Source: Octopus sinensis
Taxonomy: Eukaryota
Length of the DNA: 44,661 nucleotides
Assembly: GCF_006345805.1 (NCBI RefSeq)
Contig: NW_021835043.1
Coordinates: 1-44,661, forward strand
Direction: 5' to 3'
Part shown: positions 1 to 44,661 of the stretch, piece by piece
Position numbering within the stretch: the stretch's first letter is position 1
Layout: each line of letters begins with the position of its first letter
The notes under the pieces: model-generated
Told to the model about the DNA's origin: nothing
The model's database searches: none
Seen by the model: only the letters and a program-made list of their open reading frames with translations
Program-made: the position numbers and the translations under genes

Positions 1-578
1 CGTTAGCACGCCGCGGCAAATTGCGTAGCCGTATTCGCCAGCGGTTACGTTCTGAGTTCAAATTCCGCCGAGGTCGACTTTGCCTTTCATCCATTCGGGG
101 TCGATAAATAAAGTATCAGTTACGCTCTGGGGTCGATGTAATCGACTTAATCCGTTTGTCTGTCCTTGTTTGTCCTCTCTGTGTTTAGCCCCTTGTGGGT
201 AGTAAAGAAATAGGTATTTCGTCTGCCGTTACGTTCTGAGTTCAAATTCCGTCGAGGTCGACTTTGCCTTTCATCCTTTCGGGGTCGATAAAATAAGTAC
301 CAGTTACGCACTGGGGTCGATGTAATCGACTTAATCCGTTTGTCTGTCTTTGTTTGCCCTCTCTGTGTTTAGCCCCTTGTGGGTATTAAAGAAATAGGTA
401 TTTCGTCTGCCGTTACGTTCTGAGCTCAAATTCCGCCGAGGTCGACTTTGCCTTTCATCCTTTCGGGGTCGATAAAATAAGTACCAGTTACGCACTGGGG
501 TCGATGTAATCGACTTAATCCCTTTCTCTGTCTTTGTTTGTCCTCTCTATGTTTAGCCCCTTGTGGGCAATAAAGAAA
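1..578 (+). mobile_element. tRNA-derived SINE family A with three tandem 184-bp units
   Basis: ttacgttctgag at 45, 229, 413; B-box-like GTTCAAATTCC; same family recurs at 5198, 6338, 6615, 29335 and 42833. Confidence 0.8.
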
Positions 579-1510
579 TATATATATTATTCTGCATATA
601 CATAACTCCTCAATGTTAAGTAGGCTTTCGGACGTCATCTTCTCTTGTAGGTACATGTATTATTCGGCTCTTAAGCAACTGGTTAACTATACATAATTAC
701 ACAATAAAACTATAATTCCATGGAATATGGAATATAAAAATTGCCAATGAGAACGTTTTGAAGTTCAACAGGAGTTTTTAAAAAGCTGACGTAAAAAGGT
801 TAAAAGCAATGTGTTACGCAGAATCTCATCCTCTTCCTCTCCCGTCAGTCCTCTCGCTTCTCTAAGTCCTGCTCCTCCTGTTTTCGTATTCCCATCATTC
901 CACTTGTTTACTCTTAAGGTTTCAAATACAGGAAGGAACGAAGACGATCAAGATGGACAAGTGACAGTACACTACCGTCAGAAATTAATTAGCACCCTTG
1001 ATTTGCTCTTCACTCAAGGTATGTGCTGTCACCTAGTGGCCATATCTCGAACTATTGCTTTGTTGCGAGTTCACTGTTGCGCAGAACGATGACGTAACTT
1101 TGTTTGCAGAGCAGTTTGAGAGTCTACAGCCTTATGATGTTGACATAGCAGTGCAACAACAACTTGGAGTGCGGATGCAGACAAATCTTCCTTTGTTTAA
1201 TAGATATAGGTAGCGCTCGCAAGGACCGAAATCACACCATACTAAGTTTTCTCATCGCGTAAGACGTTTTGAACAGCTCATAGGTTAATTGATTTAACCT
1301 ATTTAATGTAGAAATTTGAGACGTGCTAATTAATTTCTGACGCAAGTGTAAGTACAACTCAATGATGAGGAAATGTTGCGAGGTAAAATGTCTGATGGTT
1401 ACAATGAAGTTCTGCCGAATGTAAGATTTATGAACGGAAAGCAAGTGAGGAAATCCACAGGCAAAGTAAATGGCGTTTTAAGCTTGGATTAAAACAGAAA
1501 ACATCAATGA

Positions 1511-1928
1511 TAGGCGCAGGAGTGGCTGTGTGGTAAGTAGCTTGCTAACCAAGCACATGGTTCCGGGTTCAGTCCCACTGCGTGGCATCTTGGGCAAGTG
1601 TCTTCTGCTATAACCCCGGGCCGACTAATGCCTTGTGAGTGGATTTGGTAGACGGAAACTGAAAGAAGCCCGTCGTATACATGTATATATATATATATGC
1701 ATGTGTGTGTTTGTTTGTCTGTGTTTGTCCCTCTAGCATTGCTTGACAACCGATGCTGGTGTGTTTACGTCCCTGTCACTTAGTGGTTCTGCCAAAGAGA
1801 CCGATAGAATAAGTACTGGGCTTACAAAAAGAATAAGTCCCGGGGTCGATTTGCTCGACTAAAGGTGGTGCTCCAGCATGGCCGCAGTCAAATGACTGAA
1901 ACAAGTAAAAGAGTAAAAGAGAAAAGAG
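1511..1928 (+). mobile_element. tRNA-derived SINE family B, full length
   Basis: Head ggcgcaggagtggctgtgtggtaag...ggttcagtccc, core cttgggcaagtgtcttct...gacggaaactgaaagaagcccgtcg, internal (TA)/(TG) tract, tail gtaaaagag; 10 or more copies in the window. Confidence 0.88.
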
Positions 1929-2073
1929 AATGAAACAAACCAGCAACTCAGAGCTGCTGCCAATGTCGTAGCTAACATGGTTGGCTACAAGCCAAAAAAA
2001 AAAACAACAAAAACGGTAGAGGAGGAATTACAACCGTGTTTCGTGGTCTGCTACCACAACAGCTCCTTTATAG

Positions 2074-2292
2074 CAGTGCTTTTCAACCATTTTGCTGGAG
2101 CGGAACCCCAAGAAAACATTTCACTGGCTCGAGGAACCCCTGTGCAATAATTTAATAGTCTTACGCACACATATCTGCACAGGAGAATTAAAAATTACTG
2201 CCGATTTTAGCAGTTTTGTAACTTCTTGCGGAACCCCTGGACTGTACTGGTGGAACCCTAAGGTTCTGCGGAACCCTGGTTGAAAACCACTG
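2074..2292. mobile_element. hAT-type MITE (219 bp)
   Basis: TIRs CAGTGCTTTTCAACC / GGTTGAAAACCACTG; perfect 8-bp TSD CTTTATAG at 2066-2073 and 2293-2300. Confidence 0.9.
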
Positions 2293-2949
2293 CTTTATAG
2301 GATCCAGTTCGGCCCCTACACCTCTACCGTTTTGACGTGCCTCCCCCTTTCGGAGGTGTCTTCAGCTCTGGTGTTGGGTGCATGTCTTCTTTCTTCTTCT
2401 TTCTTCTGTTCCCTGGCCTCTTCGATGTATCGTCAGCGAGTGTCAGCCGGTGACTGACTGTCTTGTCAAATTTCTCCCTTTAAATACCTGCCGCAAGGCT
2501 CCAGCAGGCAGCCCCAGCAAGTTGTCACGTGACACTGTCTCACGTGATTAGCTTTTTCTCAATAATAGTTTAATACTTATTCTATCTACTATAAAAAAAA
2601 GATAAATAAAAAGAACAAAAACGTCTAACAAATTTATAAATATAGATCTTTATAAAGACCGCCAGCAACGGATTGCACAACAGCTCATAAAAAATGTAAT
2701 CTTACCAGTTGAATCTTCTTTGATGAAGGAGGCGGTAGTATTGAATAGAATTTAAGTTCATTTTTGCACCACTATGCCTCTAGAAACGGCCGTCGGATAA
2801 AAAATTCTGGATTTTAAACTTCTATATGGATTTACTATATTTTCCACACTCTGATTTTAAGCAAATTATATATTTTGTGGATTTACAATATTCTATAAAT
2901 TTTAATATCGTTTTTAAAAAGCAATAAGGATTATATATTTTTGTACATT

Positions 2950-3153
2950 ACTCTTTTACTTGTTTCAGTCATTTGACTGCAGCCATGCTGGAGCACCGCC
3001 TTTTAGTCGAGCAAATCGACCCCGGGACTTATTCTTTTGTAAGCCCAGTACTTATTATATCGGTCTCTTTTGCCGAACCGCTAAGTGACAGGGACGTAAA
3101 CACACCAGCATCGGTTGTCAAGCAATGCTAGGGGGACAAACACAGACTCACAA

Positions 3154-3200
<47 letters not shown>

Positions 3201-3362
3201 CATATATACGACAGGCGTCTTTCAGTTTCCGTCTACCAAATCCACTCACAAGGCGTTGGTTGGCCCGGGGCTATAGCAGAAGACACTTGCCCAAGATGCC
3301 ACGCAGTGGGACTGAACCCGGAACCATGTGGTTGGTAAGCAAGCTACTTACCACCCAGCCAC
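2950..3362 (-). mobile_element. SINE family B
   Basis: Reverse complement of 1511-1928. Confidence 0.88.
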
Positions 3363-3939
3363 ATCATTCTTGATATATTCTTAACATATATATATTTAAA
3401 TCTATTTAATATATTTTAATATATTTTAATATTTTAATTTCAATTTCTATGTATTAATTATATTTTCTTTATTAATAACAATATGTATTTTAACCAAAGA
3501 TTCGATTTAAGGTTTTTCCTCGACTTTTATAATTTTATATTTTATATTGAACTCATTTTTGTTTATCGCTCGCATATGACCGTTATTTGAAAGGACCAAT
3601 CAAACAAGTCCATTTTTTAAAGGCGTAACGTTTATACTAGTCTTGATAGAATTGTCATATCGGTTCTATTTTAACAAAACTGTCCGACGAACGGGAACGT
3701 GAAACTCCGAGTAACAGGTTTTGTTGAATTTCTGCTGCTTTTAAATAAAGTATATTTAAATCTATATATTTTAATATATATATTTTGAGTGTTTTATATA
3801 CCAAAATATTTGGTGTATATAATGATTTCACAAAAGAATATATGTGGAATATATGTGGTAGCTTGTCTTTTGTACCTCTTATTTATTTCCAATTTTCTGT
3901 GGGTCAATTACATTGAGCACTTCGATGTACTCTATATAC

Positions 3940-4537
3940 AGAGAAAATTCGATCTCTAAAAATTATATTATATGTATAAGTATATACGAAGTTTGATTAA
4001 TAAGTATCCGGACTGTTGCCATAGTAAGCACGCAGAGTAAGTCCGCTTAGCTAAGATTGAACTTGAACCCTGCTGTGCATGCGCACTAAGTTTTAATGTT
4101 CTTGCTTACTTCCGCTGTTTACAGCAGTGCTTGGAAGGAAGGTGTGTAGCGTGTGATCGTCGCATTGACCATGACAGAGAGAGTTGTCATGGCGACACCG
4201 GCTCAGAGATAATTCGATCTCTAAAGAATATATTATATGTATAAGTATATACGAAGTCTGATTAATAAGTATCCGGACTGTTGCCATAGTAACGAAGCGA
4301 AAGCACGCAGAGTAAGTCCGCTTAGCTAAGATTGAACTTGAACCCTGCTGTGCATGCGCACTAAGTTCTAATGTTCTTGCTTACTTCCGCTGTTTACAGC
4401 AGTGCTTGGAAGGAAGGTGTGTAGCGTGTGATCGTCGCATTGACCATGACAGAGAGAGAGTTGTCATGGCGACACCGGCTCAGAGATAATTCGATCTCTA
4501 AAGAATATATTATATGTATAAGTATATACGAAGTCTG
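3940..4537 (+). mobile_element. Tandemly duplicated 5' end of a mariner-like transposon (2 copies + start of a third)
   Basis: Period ~265-278 bp (tcgatctctaaa at ~3949, 4214, 4492). TA-flanked tacgaagtctgattaataagtatccggactg resembles mariner TIRs and runs to ATG ACA GAG AGA GTT, recalled as a mariner transposase start. Family assignment is from memory. Confidence 0.55.
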
Positions 4538-4554
4538 AAAGTTTGGAATTACTC

Positions 4555-4677
4555 CCTAATTTTATTATTATATATATTATATATATATATATATATAGAT
4601 ATATATATATATATATTATATATATATATATATAGTATATATGTATAAGTATATATTATATATATATATATATAGTA

Positions 4678-4725
<48 letters not shown>

Positions 4726-4850
4726 TGTGTGTGTGTGTGTTGTGTACATATAGATACCACACACACATATATATATATGTGTGTACATATACATATATAT
4801 ATACACATGCATATATACATGTATGTGTGTATGGATGTGTTTGTGTGGGT
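4555..4850. repeat. (TA)n/(TG)n compound microsatellite in the putative 3' UTR
   Basis: Seen directly. Confidence 0.95.
4561..4566 (-). terminator. Candidate polyadenylation signal
   Basis: AATAAA on the minus strand ~340 nt after the stop codon, beyond the (CA)/(TA) tract; the motif is common in AT-rich DNA. Confidence 0.35.
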
Positions 4851-4902
4851 GTATAAGAGTCCATTGGTATTGGTACCATTTATAGATGGTCAGTAGTTCT
4901 GA

Positions 4903-38705
<33,803 letters not shown>

Positions 38706-38802
38706 GGCTGGAAATGTTTTCGTTTCTTCTGAAGCGATAAAAGTCAGACAGCAGATCGCGATCGTGAACTAGTCGTTTGGAATCCTATCCTCAACTTTAC
38801 TC

Positions 38803-38809
38803 TTTTATA
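38803..38809 (-). promoter_or_regulatory. Candidate TATA box
   Basis: TATAAAA on the minus strand ~100 nt upstream of the ATG; motif only, no transcript evidence. Confidence 0.3.
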
Positions 38810-40125
38810 TGTGAAGAGTTTTTCTCAGAAATAAAAAAAAAAAGAGGGAAGAGGTTAGCGATAACCAGAGAGGGTGACCCGTATGTGATAGTTTTTTTTT
38901 TATATATAATTGTGCATAGTAGAATCTCTGCTGCGTAGGTTTACACACACATACACACACACGTACGCGCGCACACACACACACACGTACACACACACAC
39001 GTATACGCACACACACACACACACGTACACATACATACACACACACACGTACACACACACACACACGTACACGTACACGCACACACACGTACACGTACAC
39101 GCACACACACACATGTACACACACACACAGACACGTACACGCACGCACACGCAAACACATACACACACGTACATGCACACACACACACGTACACACACAC
39201 ACACACACGCACACACACGTACACACACACGCACACCCATCAAACAGGACAATGCATAGAAATCCAACAGGTTAAACAAAAAACAACCAATGACAGAGTT
39301 TTGAGGTCCAACAGGAAGTTTTCAAAAAAATTATGTAAAAGATCCAAAAAATGTGTTACACAAAACCCTCACCCTCCACCATTCACGTCCTCTCCTTTAC
39401 TTCTCGTTTCTCTACACCATACTCTACTTGTTTTTCACATCCTATCTTACCATCTGTTTACTCTTAAGATTTCAAATAAATTTTGATTTTTTTTACTAAT
39501 CTGTATATATAAAACTCTAATTGTGTGAGTGTCTGTCCCCTTCGATTTAGACTCCTAACTCCTCCCACATTTTGCGGTGCAGTTTAACTAAATTCGGGTA
39601 TCTTATAGTCGTGATTCATATCGAGCATAATTTTTCGTGTGTCGATGGCGGCAGAGTTGGCGTCCACGCTCACAGCTGCACCTGTGTTGCTTCTCCCCCT
39701 TCTTCCCTCCCTCGTGAAGCTGTGGGGAAGGGAGTGTAAAGAAATCAACGTCGTAATGCGTTGTCAAGGAGACCAGCGTTCTTTTAGAACAACGACTTCA
39801 TGGCTTGAAGACACCAAAACAGAAATGGCTAAGAAAGCCCGAATTGGCATCTATAAGGGAAGTAACTCTCTAAAAATGCTTATATAGTTATTTCCCTTAC
39901 AAATCCGAGCAACGCCGGGCGATACTGCTAGTTTTGTATACAATAGAAGTAAATAATAACCTAACTCTAACCCTAACTAACCCTAACCTTAAAACAGATT
40001 GAAATGCAATAGATCGATACTAGGGTCATAATTATGGGTGACAATTTCATATGACAGCGCTAGAAAAAACTGCCGTTCAAACCGAAAAGATCCCCTGAGT
40101 GTATTTGTGCAAATCTGGTACTTAC

Positions 40126-40352
40126 CCTCCATATTCCACCCGTTGTTACTTCGATAGACTCCATCTGGGCCTCTGCCAACCGTCTCAGAAATAATAATCT
40201 TCTGCCAGAATACATTTCGTTCTGATTTTTCTTGTGGTTGCATCGATGACAGCATTACTGGTTTCACCAGGTTTCAGGGTCAAATCCACGGCATAGACGT
40301 GTCTGGCAATGCCAAGACAAATGCCCACAAGCAGAAGATATCCGATGGTCAT
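40126..40352 (-). pseudogene. Duplicate of coding exon 1 with 1-nt deletion
   Basis: Near-identical to 38478-38705 but 227 nt long; + strand ctcagaaat versus ctcaggaaat gives TTC TGA (premature stop). Same donor context. Confidence 0.75.
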
Positions 40353-41147
40353 GGCTGGAAATGTTTTCGTTTCTTCTGAGCGATAAAAGTCAGACAGCAG
40401 ATCGCGATCGTGAACTAGTCGTTTGGAATCCTATCCTCAACTTTACTTTCTCTTTATATGTGAAGAGTTTTTCTCAGAAATAAAAAAAAAAGAGGGAAGA
40501 GGTTAGCGATAACCAGAGAGGTGACCCGTATGTGATAGTTTTTTTTTTATATATAATTGTGCATAGTAGAATCTCTGCTGCGTAGGTTTACACACACATA
40601 CACACACACGTACGCGCGCACACACACACACACGTACACACACACACGTATACCACACACACACACCGTACACATACATACACACACAACGTACACACAC
40701 ACCACACGTACAGTACACGCACACACACGTACACGTACACGCACACACACACATGTACACACACACAACAGACACGTCCACCACGCACACGCAAACCATA
40801 CACACACGTACATGCACACACACACACGTACACACACACACACACACGCACACACACGTACACACACACGCACACCCATCAAACAGGACAATGCATAGAA
40901 TCCAACAGGTTAAACAAAACAACCAATGACAGAGTTTTGAGGTCCAACAGGAAGTTTTCAAAAAAATTATGTAAAAGATCCAAAAAATGTGTTACACAAA
41001 ACCCTCACCCTCCACCATTCACGTCCTCTCCTTTACTTCTCGTTTCTCTACACCATACTCTACTTGTTTTTCACATCCTATCTTACCATCTGTTTACTCT
41101 TAAGATTTCAAATAAATTTTGATTTTTTTTACTAATTTTGTATACAA

Positions 41148-41532
41148 AGGAGTGGCTGTGTGGTAAGTAGCTTGTTTACCAACCACATGGTTCAGGGTTG
41201 AGTCCCACTGCGTGGCACCTTGGGCAAGTGTCTTCTACTATAGCCTCGGGCCGACCAAAGCCTTGTGAGTGGATTTGGTAGACGGAAACTGAAAGAAGCC
41301 TGTCGTATATATGTATATATATGTATGTGTGTGTGTTTGTGTGTCTGTGTTTGTTCCCCTAGCATTGCTTGACAATCGATGCTGGCGTGTTTATGTCCCC
41401 GTCACTTAGAGGTTCAGCAAAAGAGATCGATAGAATAAGTACTGGGCTTACAAAGAATAAGTCCTGGGGTCGATTTGCTCGATTAAAGGCGGTGCACCAG
41501 CATGGCCGCAGTCAAAATGACTGAAACAAGTA
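41148..41532 (+). mobile_element. SINE family B
   Basis: Family B consensus. Confidence 0.87.
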
Positions 41533-41679
41533 AAAAAAAAAATAGAAGTAAATAATAAAAAAAACCTCGTGGAGGATAATGTAAGTGAAGATCAGCAAAT
41601 GAGTAGGCAAAGTGAAACTGTAGTAGAGGTGAGGCCGGTCAATGAGTATAACGTGAGGAACAGAGGGACCTCATGATAA

Positions 41680-42075
41680 GTTAGTTAGTTAGTTAGTTAA
41701 TTTTTGGCTCAAAAGCAAATAGCAAGGCCATGTAGGGGGACATGGAGTTAAGTACAGGGCGGTGTTCATGTAAAGAGTTCAGGCCACTGGAGGTCAAGGG
41801 AGACTTTGAACAAAGCGGTCGTCGGCATCTTCACCATCTCGTCTGGTAGCTTGTTCCACGGATCTGCAACCCGGATGGAGAAAGCTCCTCTCCTTCGATT
41901 GAGATGAAATCGTCGCAGGTAGAGCTTTTCGGAATGACCCTGCAGCCTATGCTCTGGAGCAGGAGTGAAGAACAGCTCTTTCGAGAGGTTACACTTTCCG
42001 CTTATGATGTTATAAGACTCGAGTGTATAATTGTTACAAGAACACAGACCGAGCCAGTGAATTGCGATGCTTCGA
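41680..42075 (-). mobile_element. CR1-clade LINE 3' end
   Basis: Translates ...GHSEKLYLRRFHLNRRRGAFSIRVADPWNKLPDEMVKMPTTALFKVSLDLQWPELFT*, followed by an (AACT)n tail. Confidence 0.8.
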
Positions 42076-42299
42076 CTGTGACAATATTAAACGCGTGACC
42101 CCCAAGAAAGGTCTATTGGAAAAAAGGGATGTGATTAGATCCGATTTAATTTTAGTAGTGAAATGGTTGGAAAAAATGAGAGGAAAGCAGACGGACGGAA
42201 GGAGCCATGGTGGAAGCGGAGACTCGAAGGCAATATTAAAACTTTGCGTAAAGATCTGAATCGTATGGAATGATCCAAAAGGCAATAGAAACATACTAA

Positions 42300-42735
42300 A
42301 GAAGGGGTGAAGGCATATAAAAAAAAACAGATAAAAAGGTTAAAAATTTATCAGGAAAAAAGAAACAGAAAAAATAAACAGACAAAAAGGTTAAAAATTT
42401 ACCCGGGAAAAAAACAGAAAAAACCCCAGAAAACCCCCCAGAAAAATCCCAGAATAAAACAACAACAGAAAAAGGTTCAAAATTCACCAGAAAAAAAAAA
42501 GCAGAAAAAAACAGACAAAAAGGTTCAAAACTTATCGAAACCTTGGAACAGCGTATCCGGGCAAAAACACTGAAGGTGCAAAGCAACAATAATCGCTTAT
42601 CGCAGTTCCAGCAAAATACCAAATAGGAAAGGAGAGGTTCAAAACTGTTCTCGAAACCCTAAAGCAGTATATCCGGGCAAAAACATTAAAGGTGGGACCC
42701 TACACTGATCGCATATCGCAGTTCCAGCAAAACAG
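42300..42735. repeat. A-rich ~50-bp subrepeats followed by two diverged ~115-bp direct repeats
   Basis: aaaaggttaaaaattta recurs; atccgggcaaaaaca...atcgcagttccagcaaaa occurs twice. Confidence 0.6.
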
Positions 42736-42832
42736 GTTATTTTCAAACAACCAAAGACAGTTTTTTGCAATAACTGAAGAAGAGATACAGAAGATAATAT
42801 ACCTTCTGAAGCAGGATCTTATGATCTTTATA

Positions 42833-43063
42833 AGGCAGCGAGCTGGCAGAAACGTTAGCGCGCCGGGCGAAATGCTTAGCGGTATTTCGTCCGTCGTTAC
42901 GTTCTGAGTTCGAATTCCGCCGAGGTTGACTTTGTCTTTCATCCTTTCAGGGTCGATAAATAAAGTACCAGTTTCGCACTGGGGTCGATGTAATCGACTT
43001 AATCCCATTGTCTGTCCTTGTTTGTCCCCTCTATGTTTAGCCCATTGTGGGTAGTAAAGAAAT
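42833..43063 (+). mobile_element. SINE family A, single unit
   Basis: ggcagcgagctggcagaaacgttagc...gttcgaattcc...gtaaagaaat. Confidence 0.85.
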
Positions 43064-43242
43064 ATATATCTCCTGAAGCAGCGGAAACTCGACAATTTCA
43101 GAATAACATCTGATTGGATTCGTTCCGTGGGATTCGAACTCCATCGCCCTGAGGCTCCACGACAGGTCCACGTACGCATAACAAGAGAAGATGTAAAGGA
43201 AGTACAGGACTAGCACTGTTGCTCAGGAATATTGGAATCACT

Positions 43243-43679
43243 AGGATCTTTTCGGTTTGACCGGCAGTTTTTTTCCAGCAGTGTCATGAAATTTCACCCA
43301 TAATTATGACCCTAGTATCGATCTATTGCATTTCAATCTGTTTTAGGTTTAGGGTTGGTTAGGGTTAAGGGTGGGGGGAAGGGTATCTTTTTTTCTTCAC
43401 AAATGTAAATAAACCTAATCTGTTTCTTAGACGAGGGACATAATCATACGGCACAGAATGTTTTTTTTTTTTTTACCTCAATGGACGTCATTGATTGGTT
43501 GAAATTGCAGAAATTGCAGAAAAATAACCAGCAAATATCTTACAAACTATAGAATTATCTCAATAAAGCCAAGAGAAAAAGATGTTTTATAAACACATTC
43601 TACCAGTATACGAAGTTTAACATTTTTTTAATTACCTAGAAATTATGTTAAAAACTGCCGTTCAAACCGAAAAGATCCC
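43243..43679 (+). mobile_element. MITE with ~27-bp TIRs and an internal TTAGGG-like tract
   Basis: (a)ggatcttttcggtttgaccggcagtt ... aactgccgttcaaaccgaaaagatccc. Confidence 0.8.
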
Positions 43680-43805
43680 ATCATTATATGTTGTACATTT
43701 TGTGGCATCTTAAAACGAAGAGAAACTCATGTATAAATTACGATATTACGATAATTATTAAACCGAGTTCTTAAAGAAAAAGTTGAAAATATACAAAATA
43801 TGATA

Positions 43806-44029
43806 CTCTTTACTCTTTTACTTGTTTCAGTCATTTGACTGCGGCCATGCTGGAGCACCGCCTTTAATCGAGCAGCTTGACTCCGGGACTTATTCTTTTG
43901 TAAGCCCAGTACTTATTCTATCGGTCTCTTTTGCCGAACCGCTAAGTGACGGGAACATAAACACCCCAGCATCGGTTGTCAAGCAATGCTAGGGGGACAA
44001 ACACACACCACACACACACACGCATACCT

Positions 44030-44076
<47 letters not shown>

Positions 44077-44270
44077 ATGTATATATTATATATATATATA
44101 TAGATATACGACGGGCTTCTTCAGTTTCCGTCTACCAAATCCACTCACAAGGCATTGGTCGGCCCGAGGCTATAGTAAAAGACACTTGCCCAAGATGCCA
44201 CGCAGTGGGATTGAACCCGGAACCATGTGGTTGGTAAACAAGCTACTTACCACACAGCCACTCCTGCGCC
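43806..44270 (-). mobile_element. SINE family B
   Basis: Reverse complement of family B. Confidence 0.87.
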
Positions 44271-44661
44271 ATGATCTTTAACTTCGAACAAGTAAATTCA
44301 TTATAATACTCTTCGTACCAAAATAAATAGAGAACATTTCACACTTCATGCAAATTGCCGTAATAATGATATAAAAGAAAAAAAAACTGGACTTATGATA
44401 AAATCGCATAATGGTGCATAATTATTGCAGCTTTTTTTCAACAAATTTTGTGCAACAAAAACAATAACAATATTTAACAAAAACATCTTTAAATGACGGT
44501 CTGACCGTCTGCCAAGCAAATGGGAAGCAGAAATTGAAGTAGATGGTGAATATGCTCCGGAATAATCATTTAAAGATTTTTTTGTTACATGTTGTTATTG
44601 TCTCCGTTGAATAAAATTCTTTGAAAAAAAGCCGAAATAATTATGCACCAACCCATTATTA

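Noticed and set aside
960-1450. Possible coding fragment (FTVAQNDDVTLFAEQFESLQPYD...)
   Set aside because: Short, stop-interrupted, with no recognisable motif or splice context; probably a decayed transposon that I cannot classify.
2325-2375. Minus-strand CTGAAGA-cacctcc gaaa ggggg hammerhead-like relic
   Set aside because: The GAAA after stem II is missing (reads GGCA) and stem I does not pair; at most a decayed remnant.
4093-4205. Possible terminal exon GVAMTTLSVMVNATITRYTPSFQALL* on the minus strand
   Set aside because: It has a weak GAG acceptor, lies in a duplicated mariner-like end and falls downstream of a better terminal exon (5009-4903).
43340-43380. Telomere or chromosome-fusion signature (TTAGGG-like repeats; also 37480-37500, 38310-38340)
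   Set aside because: Only a few degenerate units, all internal to a MITE family.

Overview
Eukaryotic, AT-rich, microsatellite-dense DNA. The tRNA-derived SINE families, R4/Dong, RTE and CR1 fragments and Helitrons point to an octopod cephalopod (inference). I could assemble one spliced gene by hand on the minus strand: join(38705-38478, 32084-31796, 30713-30157, 26309-26188, 13688-13454, 5009-4903). All introns are GT-AG and all phases match. It encodes about 512 aa: signal peptide, putative lysozyme-like domain, VWA domain with intact MIDAS, beta-rich domain, GPI-anchor-like tail. The VWA exon is 1 nt short (frameshift or assembly error), and the first exon is tandemly duplicated. The most striking feature is intron 4. 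About 12 kb of its 12.5 kb is a ~200-copy array of a 59-bp unit that copies the intron-4/exon-5 boundary. Each unit carries a pyrimidine tract + CAG directly followed by GTGA(A/G)T, so the array is a stack of abutting GT...AG mini-introns or recursive-splice-site-like junctions. The window also holds minimal hammerhead-ribozyme folds in three unrelated repeat families (one inside a tRNA-headed SINE-like element), a 4-copy head-to-tail Helitron concatemer, MITEs and LINE remnants. Exon boundaries were counted by hand; repeat boundaries are approximate.
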